Positions 8,442-18,344 of a stretch of DNA of 64,000 nt are shown in pieces. The notes under the pieces were generated by a model. The model made no database searches. It worked only from the letters and a program-made list of their open reading frames with translations, and was not told the origin of the DNA. Made by a program: the position numbers and the translations under genes. Source of the stretch: Candidatus Latescibacterota bacterium (GTDB lineage Bacteria; Latescibacterota; UBA2968; UBA8231); contig OZ242005.1 in assembly GCA_965204725.1 (NCBI GenBank), positions 2,688,001 to 2,752,000 on the forward strand, given 5' to 3'. The stretch's first letter is position 1. Every line of letters starts with the position of its first letter.

Positions 8442-9335
8442 TCACTCCACCGGCCCGTAGTGCGGCCCCCATTGACGGGCCATAGCTCGTCCCTCGGCTA
8501 GCAGCGCCTGCTGTTGGCCCTCATCCAACGGCGCGTAGCGCCGCACCCATTCGATATTCTGCACCAACTCCTCCTCGTTATAGACTCCAATGACCGCCAA
8601 ATGTACTCCCGGCAATCCCAAGGCGTAGCGCAGTGCGCTCTCGTGATCGTCAAAGCCGCTGTCGGCCATCTGCGAGGCGCGCGGCGTTTCGTACTGCATG
8701 TCAATGGCCCCGCCGTACACCTTCATCGCAGCGACGCCCGCGTTTTGGGCGCGGGCCAAGGGCAGGACCACCTCCTCAAAATTGTAAATGTGGCAGTCGG
8801 CGAAACTGAGGGCGAACATGCAGGCGTCAATCTCGACCTCGCGCAGGACCTTGGCGGATTTCCAAGGTGCGTGATGGGCGGTAATGCCGACATAGCGGGT
8901 CCAACCGCGACGCTGCGCTTCGCGCAAGCCGGCGAGCGCGCCGTCTTTGGCCAGCACTTGTTCCACGTCTAAGTGGCCCAGCGAGTGGACGTACATCAGG
9001 TCCAAGTGGTCAGTGCCCAAGGCGTCCAAGTTCTTTTCGACGATGGCGAGGGCCTCCTCGTAGTGGGCCGTGTGGGCTTTGCTGACCAAGAACAGCTCGC
9101 GCCGGCAGTGGGGAACGATCTGGGCGAGTTGGTGCTGGGCGCGCTCGTAGCCGGGGGCCGTGTCGATGTAGGTAACGCCCAGCTCAATGGCCCGCTTAAA
9201 AAGCGCGATGGCGTCCGCGTCTGCTAGGCCCATGCCGCCGGGGGCCGTGCCCAAGCCGAGCAAGGGAACGCGTTCGCTGGTCTTGCCGAAGGGGACTTGC
9301 GGCAGGGGGGTTATGTCGATAGAGGCGGTGGTCAT
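8442..9335 (-). CDS. Aldo/keto reductase
   Basis: LGLGT, IDTAPGY, LVSKA, DHLDLMYVH. Confidence 0.88.
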   Translation of the reverse strand: MTTASIDITPLPQVPFGKTSERVPLLGLGTAPGGMGLADADAIALFKRAIELGVTYIDTAPGYERAQHQLAQIVPHCRRELFLVSKAHTAHYEEALAIVEKNLDALGTDHLDLMYVHSLGHLDVEQVLAKDGALAGLREAQRRGWTRYVGITAHHAPWKSAKVLREVEIDACMFALSFADCHIYNFEEVVLPLARAQNAGVAAMKVYGGAIDMQYETPRASQMADSGFDDHESALRYALGLPGVHLAVIGVYNEEELVQNIEWVRRYAPLDEGQQQALLAEGRAMARQWGPHYGPVE

Positions 9336-9488
9336 AAATAGCTATTCCCTCGGTTGGGGGGACGGGTGCTTGGCAACGAATCTAACCAAACGACGCCCGA
9401 GGAACAGGGCGCACTTTGCCCGCCAACCGCCATTTGGTAGGTTAGACCGACGAATTTCACCGGCAAAATCAAACGCGAGGAGGACGTT

Positions 9489-9851
9489 TTGGTCATTCGC
9501 AACTGGCGCGACGTAACGCCCGTCGTCGGGCATCAATCCAAACTGATCTGGTCCATTTTTCGCGCTCAGAGTTCCGAGGGGCTAGACGAGCACGAGGCCG
9601 TACTGGAGGGATTTTCTGGCCTGACGCTGCATCGCCTGCAAGGGGGGCTAGAAGGCGATTACCACGCGCACGAGGCCACCGAGCAGGTGTATTACTTCCT
9701 CAGCGGCCACGGGCAGATGAACATCGACGGGGCGATGTACGACGTGCGGGCGGGCGACGCGGTCCACATTCCGCCGAAGGTCAAGCACCAGCTTTGCAAC
9801 CTTGGGGACGATTGGATCGAGCACTTGATCATCAGCGCCGAGGTCGCCTGA
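9489..9851 (+). CDS. Cupin-domain protein
   Basis: HAHEATEQVYYFLSG...GDAVHIPPKVKH; RBS GAGGAGG before TTG. Confidence 0.85.
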   Translation: MVIRNWRDVTPVVGHQSKLIWSIFRAQSSEGLDEHEAVLEGFSGLTLHRLQGGLEGDYHAHEATEQVYYFLSGHGQMNIDGAMYDVRAGDAVHIPPKVKHQLCNLGDDWIEHLIISAEVA

Positions 9852-9894
9852 GCATCCGGCGCGGCGGGTGGTTTTTCGACGAGGAGCCTAGGCG

Positions 9895-10830
9895 TTGCCG
9901 GCAACTCCCCTGATTGTGGATGTCGATACGGGCGTTGACGACGCCCTCGCCCTGCTTTTGGCCCTGTCCTCGCCCGAGGTCGAGTTGGTCGGCGTCTCTA
10001 CGGTCGCCGGCAATGTGCCGCTGCCGCAGACGACGGACAACACCCTGCGTCTGTTGCAGTGGGCGGGGCGGGACGATATTCGAGTGCATGCCGGGTCAGA
10101 ACACCCCTTACAGCGGAGCGCGGTCACCGCGGCCCATGTCCACGGCGCAACCGGGCTGGGCGCGGCTCATCTGCCCGCGGCGCGCACCTCGCCAGCGGGC
10201 GACGGAGTGGAATTTCTGCTGAGCACCTTGCAAGCGCACCCCGGCGAGGTGTCCCTCGTCGCCACCGGGCCGTTGACCAACTTGGCGCGGGCCGAGGCGC
10301 GGGTGCCGGGCGTCCTACAGCGGGCGCGTCAAGTGGTGATCATGGGCGGGGCCGGGCGCGGGCCGGGCAATGTCGCGCCAACGGCCGAGTTCAATTTTTA
10401 CGCCGATCCACACGCCGCGCACCAAGTCCTCGCGTCCGCAGCCGAATTGGTGTTGGTGGGGCTGGACGTCACCGAGCAGGTCGGGCTAGCGCAGGCCGAC
10501 TTGCAAGCGCACACCGGAGAGCGGGCGGCGTTTTGCCGGGCGGCGTGTGAGCCGGTGATGGCCTTTGAGGCCGAGCACTGCGGGTTTGCTGGAATGCACT
10601 TGCACGATCCAGTGGCCTTGGGAGCGGCCCTGTGGCCGCAGCTTTTTCGCACGCAGCAATTCTGGGTGGATGTGGAGACCAGCGGGGAACTAACGGCCGG
10701 GCAGCTAGTAGTTGACCAGCGCACCTTGGCGAGCGACCAAGAGCGGCTGGGGCGGCCCGTAACCTGTGCAATCGGCCTAGATCGAGCGCGCTTTCTCGAG
10801 CTATTCACCGAGCGGGTCTTGACGCCCTAA
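9895..10830 (+). CDS. Nucleoside hydrolase (IUNH family)
   Basis: DVDTGVDDALA, TGPLTNLA, AEFNFYADP, LHDP. Confidence 0.92.
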   Translation: MPATPLIVDVDTGVDDALALLLALSSPEVELVGVSTVAGNVPLPQTTDNTLRLLQWAGRDDIRVHAGSEHPLQRSAVTAAHVHGATGLGAAHLPAARTSPAGDGVEFLLSTLQAHPGEVSLVATGPLTNLARAEARVPGVLQRARQVVIMGGAGRGPGNVAPTAEFNFYADPHAAHQVLASAAELVLVGLDVTEQVGLAQADLQAHTGERAAFCRAACEPVMAFEAEHCGFAGMHLHDPVALGAALWPQLFRTQQFWVDVETSGELTAGQLVVDQRTLASDQERLGRPVTCAIGLDRARFLELFTERVLTP

Positions 10831-11982
10831 TTAGACCGCGTCTTGGCGGCCCAAAAAAAGCGGCAGCGGGCACCACTGTTCGAGGGGGGCTGCGGCCGCC
10901 GGCAAGGGGGCCACGAGCGCGGGCGGCAGGGGGCCGCAGAGCAGGCGCATGGCCGTGAAGGCGTCGAGCTCCAGCGCGGGCGCGACCTCGGTGCGTACGC
11001 ACTGCGCGGCATTGCCTCTCACCGCGAGCTCGACCCGGCCGTACCCCGCAATCTCCACGACGACGGTGCCGTCCATCAGGGGCGTCAGCGCGGCGCGCGT
11101 CTTGAGCAAGGCGTCGAGCGTCGTCGCCCAATCAAAAATCTGCCAATTGCCCGAACTCGACGCGCTCGCGCCCTCGCAGAGCTGGGCCAGCTTGGGCAAG
11201 AGGCGACTCCAAGGCGGCAACTCAAAGCAGGTGCTCCCGTGGCGCTGCACCCAAGCAGCGGCCATGTCCAACTCGGGCTCGCCCTCATGGACGGCCAACA
11301 GCTCGGTGACGCACGTCCGGTCGGCTTGGGCCACGAGATAGCCGATTATGCGGCCATCGCGCGAGCGGGCCACGTAGGGCCGGTGCCCCCAACTCAGGAG
11401 CAGGTCGTAGAAGCGGTGCGGGGGGCGCACCCCGCGAAACGGCTGGCCGTCGTGTAGGCCCATCGCCCCTTGCAGGTGCGTGTGGTCCTCGCGCCTGAGC
11501 GGGCGAAAGTCAATGCCGCAATCGGCCGGCCCCAAGGCGTGGCGCACATTCGTTGGGCTGAGCGTGAGCCGGTAGTAGATGCCGCATTTCTCGTAGCCGA
11601 AATAGCCGTAGCGCTGACGCTGACCCCCCAGCCAAGACAGGTGAAAACCCTCGGCGACCGCAGCTTGGACGCAGTGGGCCATGAGCTTTTGCATGTAGCC
11701 CCGGCCGCGCGCATGCGGATGGCAGGAAACGCCGCCAATGCCCGCCACGCGCAACTCGGTGCCTCCCCAGCGGCAGGCGAGGGGGAACAGCCCGACGATG
11801 GCGCGGATGCGACCGCCTTCGCGCAAGGCAAAGTTCCAACGCATCTCCTCTTCCCCGCGCCGGTACAGGGCCGGCAAAATGGCCTCAAAATCCCGGGGCG
11901 GCGCTTTGCCAAAGGCGAGGTTGAGGACGTCAAGGGCCTCCTCAAAGTCTGCGGCGCACAACTGGCTGATCGCGGTGGTCAC
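10831..11982 (-). CDS. GNAT acetyltransferase (Eis-like)
   Basis: GIGGVSCHPHARGRGYM, YGYFGYE; start inferred at GTG after the msrA stop. Confidence 0.8.
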   Translation of the reverse strand: MTTAISQLCAADFEEALDVLNLAFGKAPPRDFEAILPALYRRGEEEMRWNFALREGGRIRAIVGLFPLACRWGGTELRVAGIGGVSCHPHARGRGYMQKLMAHCVQAAVAEGFHLSWLGGQRQRYGYFGYEKCGIYYRLTLSPTNVRHALGPADCGIDFRPLRREDHTHLQGAMGLHDGQPFRGVRPPHRFYDLLLSWGHRPYVARSRDGRIIGYLVAQADRTCVTELLAVHEGEPELDMAAAWVQRHGSTCFELPPWSRLLPKLAQLCEGASASSSGNWQIFDWATTLDALLKTRAALTPLMDGTVVVEIAGYGRVELAVRGNAAQCVRTEVAPALELDAFTAMRLLCGPLPPALVAPLPAAAAPLEQWCPLPLFLGRQDAV

Positions 11983-11987
11983 GACGC

Positions 11988-12602
11988 CTACGCAGTTGAC
12001 TGGAGGTGCTTGCCAAACTTCCGGCGAAACTCCTGCATCTTGGGATCGATAACCACCGCGCAATAGGGCTGGTTGGGGTTGCGCTGGTAGTAGTTTTGAT
12101 GGTACGGCTCGGCCGGCCAAAAGGTGCTGGCGGGGGCGATCTCGGTCACAATCGGATCGGTCCAATGGCTGCTCGTGTCCGTAGCGGCTTTGGAGGCTTC
12201 AGCCAGCGCTTTTTGCTCAGGGGTGTGATAGAAAATCACCGATCGGTACTGAGTGCCGCAGTCCGCGCCTTGGCGGTTGAGCGTGGTGGGGTTGTGTATG
12301 TTCCAGAAGACGTAAATCAAGGCGGGAAAGCGAATGACCTCGGGGTCGTATTTCACTTGCACGACCTCGGCGTGGTTGGTCTGGCCGCTGCAAACGGCTT
12401 CGTAAGTGGGGTGCTCCAACGCGCCGCCCATATAGCCGGGGACTGCGCTGACGACCCCCCGCAAGTCTTGGTACATGGCTTCGACGCACCAGAAACAACC
12501 CGCACCAAAAGTGGCCGTCTCCCGAACCGTGCTGCGCCCTTCGTCCTTTGCTAAACTTGGGGAGCGCTGCTGGGCAATGGGCATTCGTGGATCCCGAATC
12601 AT
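11988..12602 (-). CDS. msrA: Peptide-methionine (S)-S-oxide reductase
   Basis: GAGCFWC, HNPTTLNRQG, TQYRS, AEPYHQNY. Confidence 0.95.
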   Translation of the reverse strand: MIRDPRMPIAQQRSPSLAKDEGRSTVRETATFGAGCFWCVEAMYQDLRGVVSAVPGYMGGALEHPTYEAVCSGQTNHAEVVQVKYDPEVIRFPALIYVFWNIHNPTTLNRQGADCGTQYRSVIFYHTPEQKALAEASKAATDTSSHWTDPIVTEIAPASTFWPAEPYHQNYYQRNPNQPYCAVVIDPKMQEFRRKFGKHLQSTA

Positions 12603-12799
12603 GCTGCGTCCTCCATCCATTGCTGGTATTGGGCCCAAGTGCCGCCCTTTGGATGCTCCTTTAGGACGTGGTGAACCCGCTCGTCTGCTCGGTGGTTGTC
12701 CTCGACGAGACGACCGAGGCGGCGGCCTTGGGCGCGGTGAACGAACCAGAAAACTAGCGCAAAAAAAATTAGGTACAGCCCTTTGCCAAAGTATTCCAT
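12599..12799 (-). CDS. Small single-TM hypothetical protein (66 aa) coupled to msrA
   Basis: GGAGG RBS, MEYFGKGLYLIFFALVFWFV hydrophobic N-terminus, ATGA overlap with msrA. Confidence 0.65.
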   Translation of the reverse strand: MEYFGKGLYLIFFALVFWFVHRAQGRRLGRLVEDNHRADERVHHVLKEHPKGGTWAQYQQWMEDAA

Positions 12800-12857
12800 A
12801 GCATCCTCCAGACCCTTTAAGGTAGGAACCTCGGCGGCCCCCGGCAACGCACGCCGC

Positions 12858-12885
12858 TTGACCGGCGCGGGCCGTCGCGTACCTT
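12858..12885 (+). promoter_or_regulatory. Putative sigma70 promoter for the AKR-NHL genes
   Basis: TTGACC-16 nt-TACCTT followed by AAAGGAG RBS. Confidence 0.35.
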
Positions 12886-12907
12886 GAAATGCAGAAAGGA
12901 GACTATC

Positions 12908-13831
12908 ATGTTGTACAGAGCATTTGGCCGGACGGGTTGGCAGGTCTCGGCCATCGGTTTGGGCACTTGGAACATCGGCAACCAATGGGGTGCCATTGAC
13001 GAAGCCACGGCTTGGAGCACCGTGCGCACGGCCTTTGACTGCGGCGTCAATGTTTTCGACGCGGCCGAGTCCTACGGCACGCCCAACGGGCTGTCTGAGG
13101 AGCGGTTGGGACGCGCCTTGGCCGGCATCCGGCACCAAGTGTACGTGGTCAGCAAAATCGGCAACTGGGGTGCTCGCACCGGGCAGGGCGTACCCAAAAA
13201 CACGATCGACATGATCCGCCTGTGTGCCCACGCCTCCCTGCACCGGCTGCGCACGGACTGGCACGACGTGCTGCTGTGCCACGAAGGCCATATCGCCGAC
13301 CCGTCTATCTACTTGGATGCCTTTGCCGCGCTGGTCGAGGAAGGGCGGCTGCGGGCCTTCGGCATTTCGACCGACAGCCTCGCCGTGCTCCAGCGCTTCA
13401 ACGCCCGCGGCGACTGCTCGGTGGTGGAGGTGGATTACTCGTTGGTCAACCGCCAGCCCGAAGCCGAGTTTTTGCCCTATTGCCAAGAGCAGGGCATTGC
13501 CGTGCTGGTGCGGGGGCCGCTGGCCAAGGGGCTTTTGTCTGGGCGCTACACCAAGGAGTCGGTTTTTACCGACGAAGTGCGGCAGCCCTTCAACGCGGGC
13601 ACGGCCCAACGCCCCGAATTTGAGGCCAAGCTGGCCCAAGTCGAGCGGCTGGCCGAGGTCGCCGCGCCCGGAGCGGTCATGGTCGAGCAAGCCCTCCAGT
13701 ACGTCATTTCCCATCCGGCCGCGCCCGTGGCCATCCCCGGCGCCAAGTCGGCGGCCCAAGCCCGCGCCAACGCCGCGGCGGGCGCCCAGCTTCTGTCCGC
13801 CGCCGAGTTGGAGCGGTTGCGCGGCGTTTGA
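12908..13831 (+). CDS. Aldo/keto reductase
   Basis: IGLGTW, FDAAESYG, VVSKIG, RGPLAKGLL, IPGAKS. Confidence 0.9.
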   Translation: MLYRAFGRTGWQVSAIGLGTWNIGNQWGAIDEATAWSTVRTAFDCGVNVFDAAESYGTPNGLSEERLGRALAGIRHQVYVVSKIGNWGARTGQGVPKNTIDMIRLCAHASLHRLRTDWHDVLLCHEGHIADPSIYLDAFAALVEEGRLRAFGISTDSLAVLQRFNARGDCSVVEVDYSLVNRQPEAEFLPYCQEQGIAVLVRGPLAKGLLSGRYTKESVFTDEVRQPFNAGTAQRPEFEAKLAQVERLAEVAAPGAVMVEQALQYVISHPAAPVAIPGAKSAAQARANAAAGAQLLSAAELERLRGV

Positions 13832-13855
13832 ATCCCCAACAAAGAGGAGGGTCCC

Positions 13856-14719
13856 ATGACCTTAGTAGGCAGCGGAGCATTCACATACAAAGTGCAGCAG
13901 GATTGGTTTGAGTTGCCGGCGGGCTGGTGCTTTGGCTGGGTTCCGGCCGTAGCCTGCGACTCCGAGGATCGGGTCTATGTGTACAGCCGCAGCGAGCATC
14001 CCATGGTCGTCTTCGACCGCGAGGGGCACTTCGTCGCCTCGTGGGGCGACGAGGTGCTAAAGGACGCCCACGGCATCTTTATCGACGACCGCGACCAAAT
14101 CTGGTGCGTCGAGCGCGAAACCCACTGCGTGCGCCAGTTCACCCGCGACGGGGAACTGCTCATGACTTTGGGGACGCCGGCCCAAGAAGGTGCCGACGGC
14201 CAGCCCTTCCGGCTGCCCACCGACTTGGCACTCGACGCCGACGGCTGCATCTACGTATCCGACGGCTACGGCAACGCCTGCATCCACAAGTATTCACCCG
14301 ACGGCGAATGGATCAAGACTTGGGGCTGTCCGGGCACCGGCCCAGGGGAGTTCGATCTGCCCCACTGCGTGCGCGTAGATAGGCGCGGGCGGCTGATGGT
14401 GGCCGACCGCGCCAACAACCGCATCCAGTTCTTCGACCTCGACGGCAACTACCTAGCGGAGTGGGGCGGCTTTCACCATCCCGACACGATCTTCCTCAAC
14501 GGGGATACGGTCTATGTCGCCGAGCTCGACCAACGGGTGAGCATCCTCAATCTCGACGGCGACTGGCTCGCACAATGGGGGTCGGGCGAGCGCAGCGACC
14601 AACCCGGGGAATTCCTCGGTTGCCCCCATGGCATCTGGATGGATTCCCGCGGCGACCTCTACGTCGGAGAAGTGCAGGCCGACCACCGCATCCAGAAGTT
14701 CGTGCGGCAGCCCTGCTAG
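13856..14719 (+). CDS. NHL-repeat protein (peptidyl-alpha-hydroxyglycine lyase-like)
   Basis: Repeated PTDLA/YVSDGYGN, GPGEFDLPH, ADRANNRIQ, PHGIW units. Confidence 0.88.
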   Translation: MTLVGSGAFTYKVQQDWFELPAGWCFGWVPAVACDSEDRVYVYSRSEHPMVVFDREGHFVASWGDEVLKDAHGIFIDDRDQIWCVERETHCVRQFTRDGELLMTLGTPAQEGADGQPFRLPTDLALDADGCIYVSDGYGNACIHKYSPDGEWIKTWGCPGTGPGEFDLPHCVRVDRRGRLMVADRANNRIQFFDLDGNYLAEWGGFHHPDTIFLNGDTVYVAELDQRVSILNLDGDWLAQWGSGERSDQPGEFLGCPHGIWMDSRGDLYVGEVQADHRIQKFVRQPC

Positions 14720-14734
14720 GCATCTGCGAACCCC

Positions 14735-14750
14735 CGTTTGAGGAGTCGCC
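14735..14750 (+). repeat. 16-bp direct repeat CGTTTGAGGAGTCGCC, copy 1
   Basis: Exact matches at 16523 and 18311. Confidence 0.92.
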
Positions 14751-16529
14751 ATGGCCGCATCCTACCCCCGCATTCCCTACGGTTGGGCCGATTTCCGGGC
14801 CATCCGCTTGGAAAACCGCCTCTACGTGGATAAGACGCGCTTTGTCCACGCGCTAGAAGAGGAACGCTATGTCTTTCTGATTCGCCCGCGTCGCTTTGGC
14901 AAGTCCTGCTGGGTGTCCCTGCTGGACAACTACTACAACCGCACCCGCGCCGACGACTTCGAGGCCGTCTTCAGCGGCACCCACTTAGGGCGGCACCCGA
15001 CGGAGAATCGCCATCGCTACGTCGTCCTACGCTTCAACTTTTCGGCGTTTGACGACACCTTGGACACGTTGCGGGAACGCTTTGAAACCTACTGCCACTT
15101 AATCGTCCGGCACGCGCTGGAGCGCAATGGGGATCTATTTCCCCCAGAGCAAATTCAGCGCATCCTCTCCCTGCCTTCCATCGACGCCAAGCTCAACGAG
15201 TTATTCCTATACGCTGGCGATCACGGCATTCGGCTGTACGTGCTCATTGACGAGTACGACAACTTTGCCAACACGGTGCTGGCGTATCACGGCGCGGCCG
15301 CATATCAGTCGTTCACTCACGGCGGCGGCTTCTATCGCAACTTTTTCGCCACGCTCAAGGACGGAGCCGGGCAGAGCGGCGGCGGCTTGGAGCGTATGTT
15401 CATCACCGGGGTATCGCCGATCACCATGGACGACGTCACCAGCGGCTTCAACATCGGCCGCAACATCAGCCTACACCCGGCGTTCAACGACATGTTGGGC
15501 TTCACCGAGGAGGAGGTGCGGAGCCTGCTGGAGCTGTACCGCGACTGCGGCGTGTTCAATCAGGAGATCGAAGCCGCGTTGGCAGTGATGCGTGAGTGGT
15601 ACAACGGCTATCGGTTCGCCAAGAGTGCCGACGGCGACCTCTACAACACCGACATGGTCCTCTATTTCCTCGATGAATCCACGCCCAACCGAGCCATGCC
15701 GGACGAGTTGATCGACACCAACGTGCGGATCGACTACGGCAAGTTGCGCCACCTGCTGACGGTCAACCGACAACTCAATGGCAATTTCGACCTGCTCCGC
15801 CGCATCATCGGCGAGCAACAGGTCGAGACCCCCCTCCAACTCAGCTTCCCCCTCGACCGACTCGACCAGCGCGAAAATTTCCTGTCCCTGCTGCACTACT
15901 TCGGCCTGCTCAGCATTCGCGATGTCGCACACGGGGTGCCCCGGCTGGGCATTCCCAACCAAACGGTCAAGCGGCTGATGTACGGCTATCTGCGCGATGG
16001 GTATGATGATGTGGGGGTGTTTTCCGTCGATGGGTATAGCTTCTCCCGCTTGGTGCGGGCGATGGCCTACGACGGCACTTGGCGACCTGTGTTGGACTTT
16101 TTGCGCGATGCCTTAGCCGAACAAACCGGCATCCGCGATTACCTCGACGGCGAAAAGGTCATCCACGGCTTTGTCGCCGCGCACTTGAGCATGGTCGATC
16201 AGTTTCTGCTCCACTCCGAGTACGAACTGAACAAGGGGTATGCCGATCTGTACTTGGAACCGTTTGTCGCCCAGTATCCCGACATGGGGTACGGCTATGT
16301 GCTCGAACTCAAGTATGTGAAACGCAGCGTATCGCTCGACGCATCGGGCGTGGCGGACAAGGTGCAGGAGGCGGTGCTTCAGTTGCGCGGCTACTTGGCG
16401 GACCCGTCGTTGCGTCGCCGCTATCGGTCGGTGCGACATATCGGCTTGGCGGTGGTGTTTCACGGCTGGGAAATGGTCGCCTACCAAGCGGTCGAAGACG
16501 ACGCGGTGGGAAACGAAGAACTCGTTTGA
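14751..16529 (+). CDS. AAA-ATPase-like + PD-(D/E)XK nuclease (PDDEXK_9-type), copy A
   Basis: YVDKT, RPRRFGKS, LIDEYD, FITGVSP, WYNGYRF, GYADL..VLELKY. Confidence 0.92.
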   Translation: MAASYPRIPYGWADFRAIRLENRLYVDKTRFVHALEEERYVFLIRPRRFGKSCWVSLLDNYYNRTRADDFEAVFSGTHLGRHPTENRHRYVVLRFNFSAFDDTLDTLRERFETYCHLIVRHALERNGDLFPPEQIQRILSLPSIDAKLNELFLYAGDHGIRLYVLIDEYDNFANTVLAYHGAAAYQSFTHGGGFYRNFFATLKDGAGQSGGGLERMFITGVSPITMDDVTSGFNIGRNISLHPAFNDMLGFTEEEVRSLLELYRDCGVFNQEIEAALAVMREWYNGYRFAKSADGDLYNTDMVLYFLDESTPNRAMPDELIDTNVRIDYGKLRHLLTVNRQLNGNFDLLRRIIGEQQVETPLQLSFPLDRLDQRENFLSLLHYFGLLSIRDVAHGVPRLGIPNQTVKRLMYGYLRDGYDDVGVFSVDGYSFSRLVRAMAYDGTWRPVLDFLRDALAEQTGIRDYLDGEKVIHGFVAAHLSMVDQFLLHSEYELNKGYADLYLEPFVAQYPDMGYGYVLELKYVKRSVSLDASGVADKVQEAVLQLRGYLADPSLRRRYRSVRHIGLAVVFHGWEMVAYQAVEDDAVGNEELV

Positions 16530-16538
16530 GGAGTCGCC
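16523..16538 (+). repeat. 16-bp direct repeat, copy 2
   Basis: Contains the copy A stop (TGA) and the copy B RBS. Confidence 0.92.
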
Positions 16539-18317
16539 ATGGCCGCATCCTACCCTCGCATTCCCTACGGCTGGGGCAATTTCCGGGCCATCCGCTTGGA
16601 AAACCGCCTCTACGTGGATAAGACCCGCTTTGTCCGCGTCTTAGAAGAGGAACGCTACGCCTTTTTCATTCGCCCGCGTCGCTTTGGCAAGACCTGCTGG
16701 GTGTCCTTGCTCGAAAATTACTACGACCGTCAGGGAGCCGACGAATTTGAAGCCATCTTCGGCGGCACCCACTTGGGGCGGCACCCGACGGAAAATCGCC
16801 ACCGCTACGTGGTTTTGCGCTTCAACTTTTCGACGTTCAAAAACGCCTTGGAAACCCTCGAACACTACTTTGAAGAGTATTGTCAAATGGTGGTCCGGTA
16901 CGCGCTAGAGCGCAACCGAGATTTGTTTCCCGAGGCAGCACGGCGGCACATCCGCTCGTCGAGTTCGGTCAATGGCCAGCTCAACGAGCTATTCTTGTAC
17001 GCTGGCGATCACGGCATTCGGCTGTACATGCTCATCGACGAGTACGACAACTTTGCCAACACGGTGCTGGCGTATCACGGCGAGGCGGCATACCAGTCGT
17101 TCACCCACGGCGGCGGCTTCTATCGCAACTTTTTCGCCACGCTCAAGGGCGGCACGGAACAAAGGAGCGGCGGCTTGGAGCGTATGTTCATCACCGGGGT
17201 GTCGCCGATCACCATGGACGACGTAACCAGCGGCTTCAACATCGGCCGCAACATCAGCCTACACCCGGAGTTCAACGACATGTTGGGCTTTACCGAGGAG
17301 GAGGTGCGGAGCCTGCTGGAGCTGTACCGCGACTGCGGCGTGTTCAATCAGGAGGTCGAAGACGCGCTGGCAGTGATGCACGAGTGGTACAACGGCTATC
17401 GGTTCGCCGAGGACGCCGAGAGCGATCTCTACAACACCGACATGGTCCTCTATTTCCTCGATGAGTCCATGCCCAACAAACGAGGACCCCGGGAATTGAT
17501 CGACACCAACGTACGCATTGACTACGGCAAGTTGCGCCACCTGCTGACGGTCAACCGACAACTCAATGGCAATTTCGACCTGCTCCGCCGCATCATCGGC
17601 GAGCAACAGGTCGATACCCCCCTCCAACTCAGCTTCCCCCTCGACCGACTCGACCAGCGCGAAAACTTCCTGTCCCTGCTGCACTACTTCGGCCTGCTCA
17701 GCATTCGCGATGTCGCACACGGGGTGCCCCGGCTGGGCATTCCCAACCAAACGGTCAAGCGGCTGATGTACGGCTACCTGCGCGATGGGTATGATGATGT
17801 GGGAGTGTTTTCCGTCGATGGGTATAGCTTTTCCCGCTTGGTCCGTACGATGGCCTACGAAGGCGTTTGGCGACCCGTGTTAGACTTTCTGCGCGATGCC
17901 TTAGCCGAACAAACCGGCATCCGCGACTACCTCGATGGCGAAAAGGTCATCCACGGCTTTGTCGCCGCCCACTTGAGCATGGTCGATCAGTTTCTGCTCC
18001 ACTCCGAGTACGAACTGAACAAGGGCTATGCCGATCTGTACTTGGAGCCGTTTGTCGCCCAGTATCCCGACATGGGGTACGGCTATGTGCTCGAACTCAA
18101 GTATGTGAAACGAAGCGCGGCACTCGACGCCTCCGACGTGGCGGACAAGGTGCAGGAGGCGGTGCTTCAGTTGCGCGGCTACTTGGCGGACCCGTCGTTG
18201 CGCCGCCGCTATCGGTCGGTGCGGCATATCGGCTTGGCGGTGGTGTTTCACGGCTGGGAAATGGTCGCCTACCAAGCGGTGCAAGACGACGCGGTAGGAA
18301 ACCAAGAACTCGTTTGA
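16539..18317 (+). CDS. AAA-ATPase-like + PD-(D/E)XK nuclease, copy B
   Basis: Same motifs and length (592 aa) as copy A. Confidence 0.92.
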   Translation: MAASYPRIPYGWGNFRAIRLENRLYVDKTRFVRVLEEERYAFFIRPRRFGKTCWVSLLENYYDRQGADEFEAIFGGTHLGRHPTENRHRYVVLRFNFSTFKNALETLEHYFEEYCQMVVRYALERNRDLFPEAARRHIRSSSSVNGQLNELFLYAGDHGIRLYMLIDEYDNFANTVLAYHGEAAYQSFTHGGGFYRNFFATLKGGTEQRSGGLERMFITGVSPITMDDVTSGFNIGRNISLHPEFNDMLGFTEEEVRSLLELYRDCGVFNQEVEDALAVMHEWYNGYRFAEDAESDLYNTDMVLYFLDESMPNKRGPRELIDTNVRIDYGKLRHLLTVNRQLNGNFDLLRRIIGEQQVDTPLQLSFPLDRLDQRENFLSLLHYFGLLSIRDVAHGVPRLGIPNQTVKRLMYGYLRDGYDDVGVFSVDGYSFSRLVRTMAYEGVWRPVLDFLRDALAEQTGIRDYLDGEKVIHGFVAAHLSMVDQFLLHSEYELNKGYADLYLEPFVAQYPDMGYGYVLELKYVKRSAALDASDVADKVQEAVLQLRGYLADPSLRRRYRSVRHIGLAVVFHGWEMVAYQAVQDDAVGNQELV

Positions 18318-18326
18318 GGAGTCGCC
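18311..18326 (+). repeat. 16-bp direct repeat, copy 3
   Basis: Exact copy containing the copy B stop. Confidence 0.92.
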
Positions 18327-18344
18327 GCAGCATGGAGAATCCCA

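Noticed and set aside
12800-13759. Long antisense and alternate-frame ORFs (for example most of 12599..13759, 26507..27433, 48728..49666)
   Set aside because: They are shadow ORFs of GC-rich genes with no motifs
14735-18326. 16-bp repeats as a CRISPR array or integron attC sites
   Set aside because: The spacing is a whole gene, the repeat is not palindromic, and no cas gene, integrase or attC structure is present
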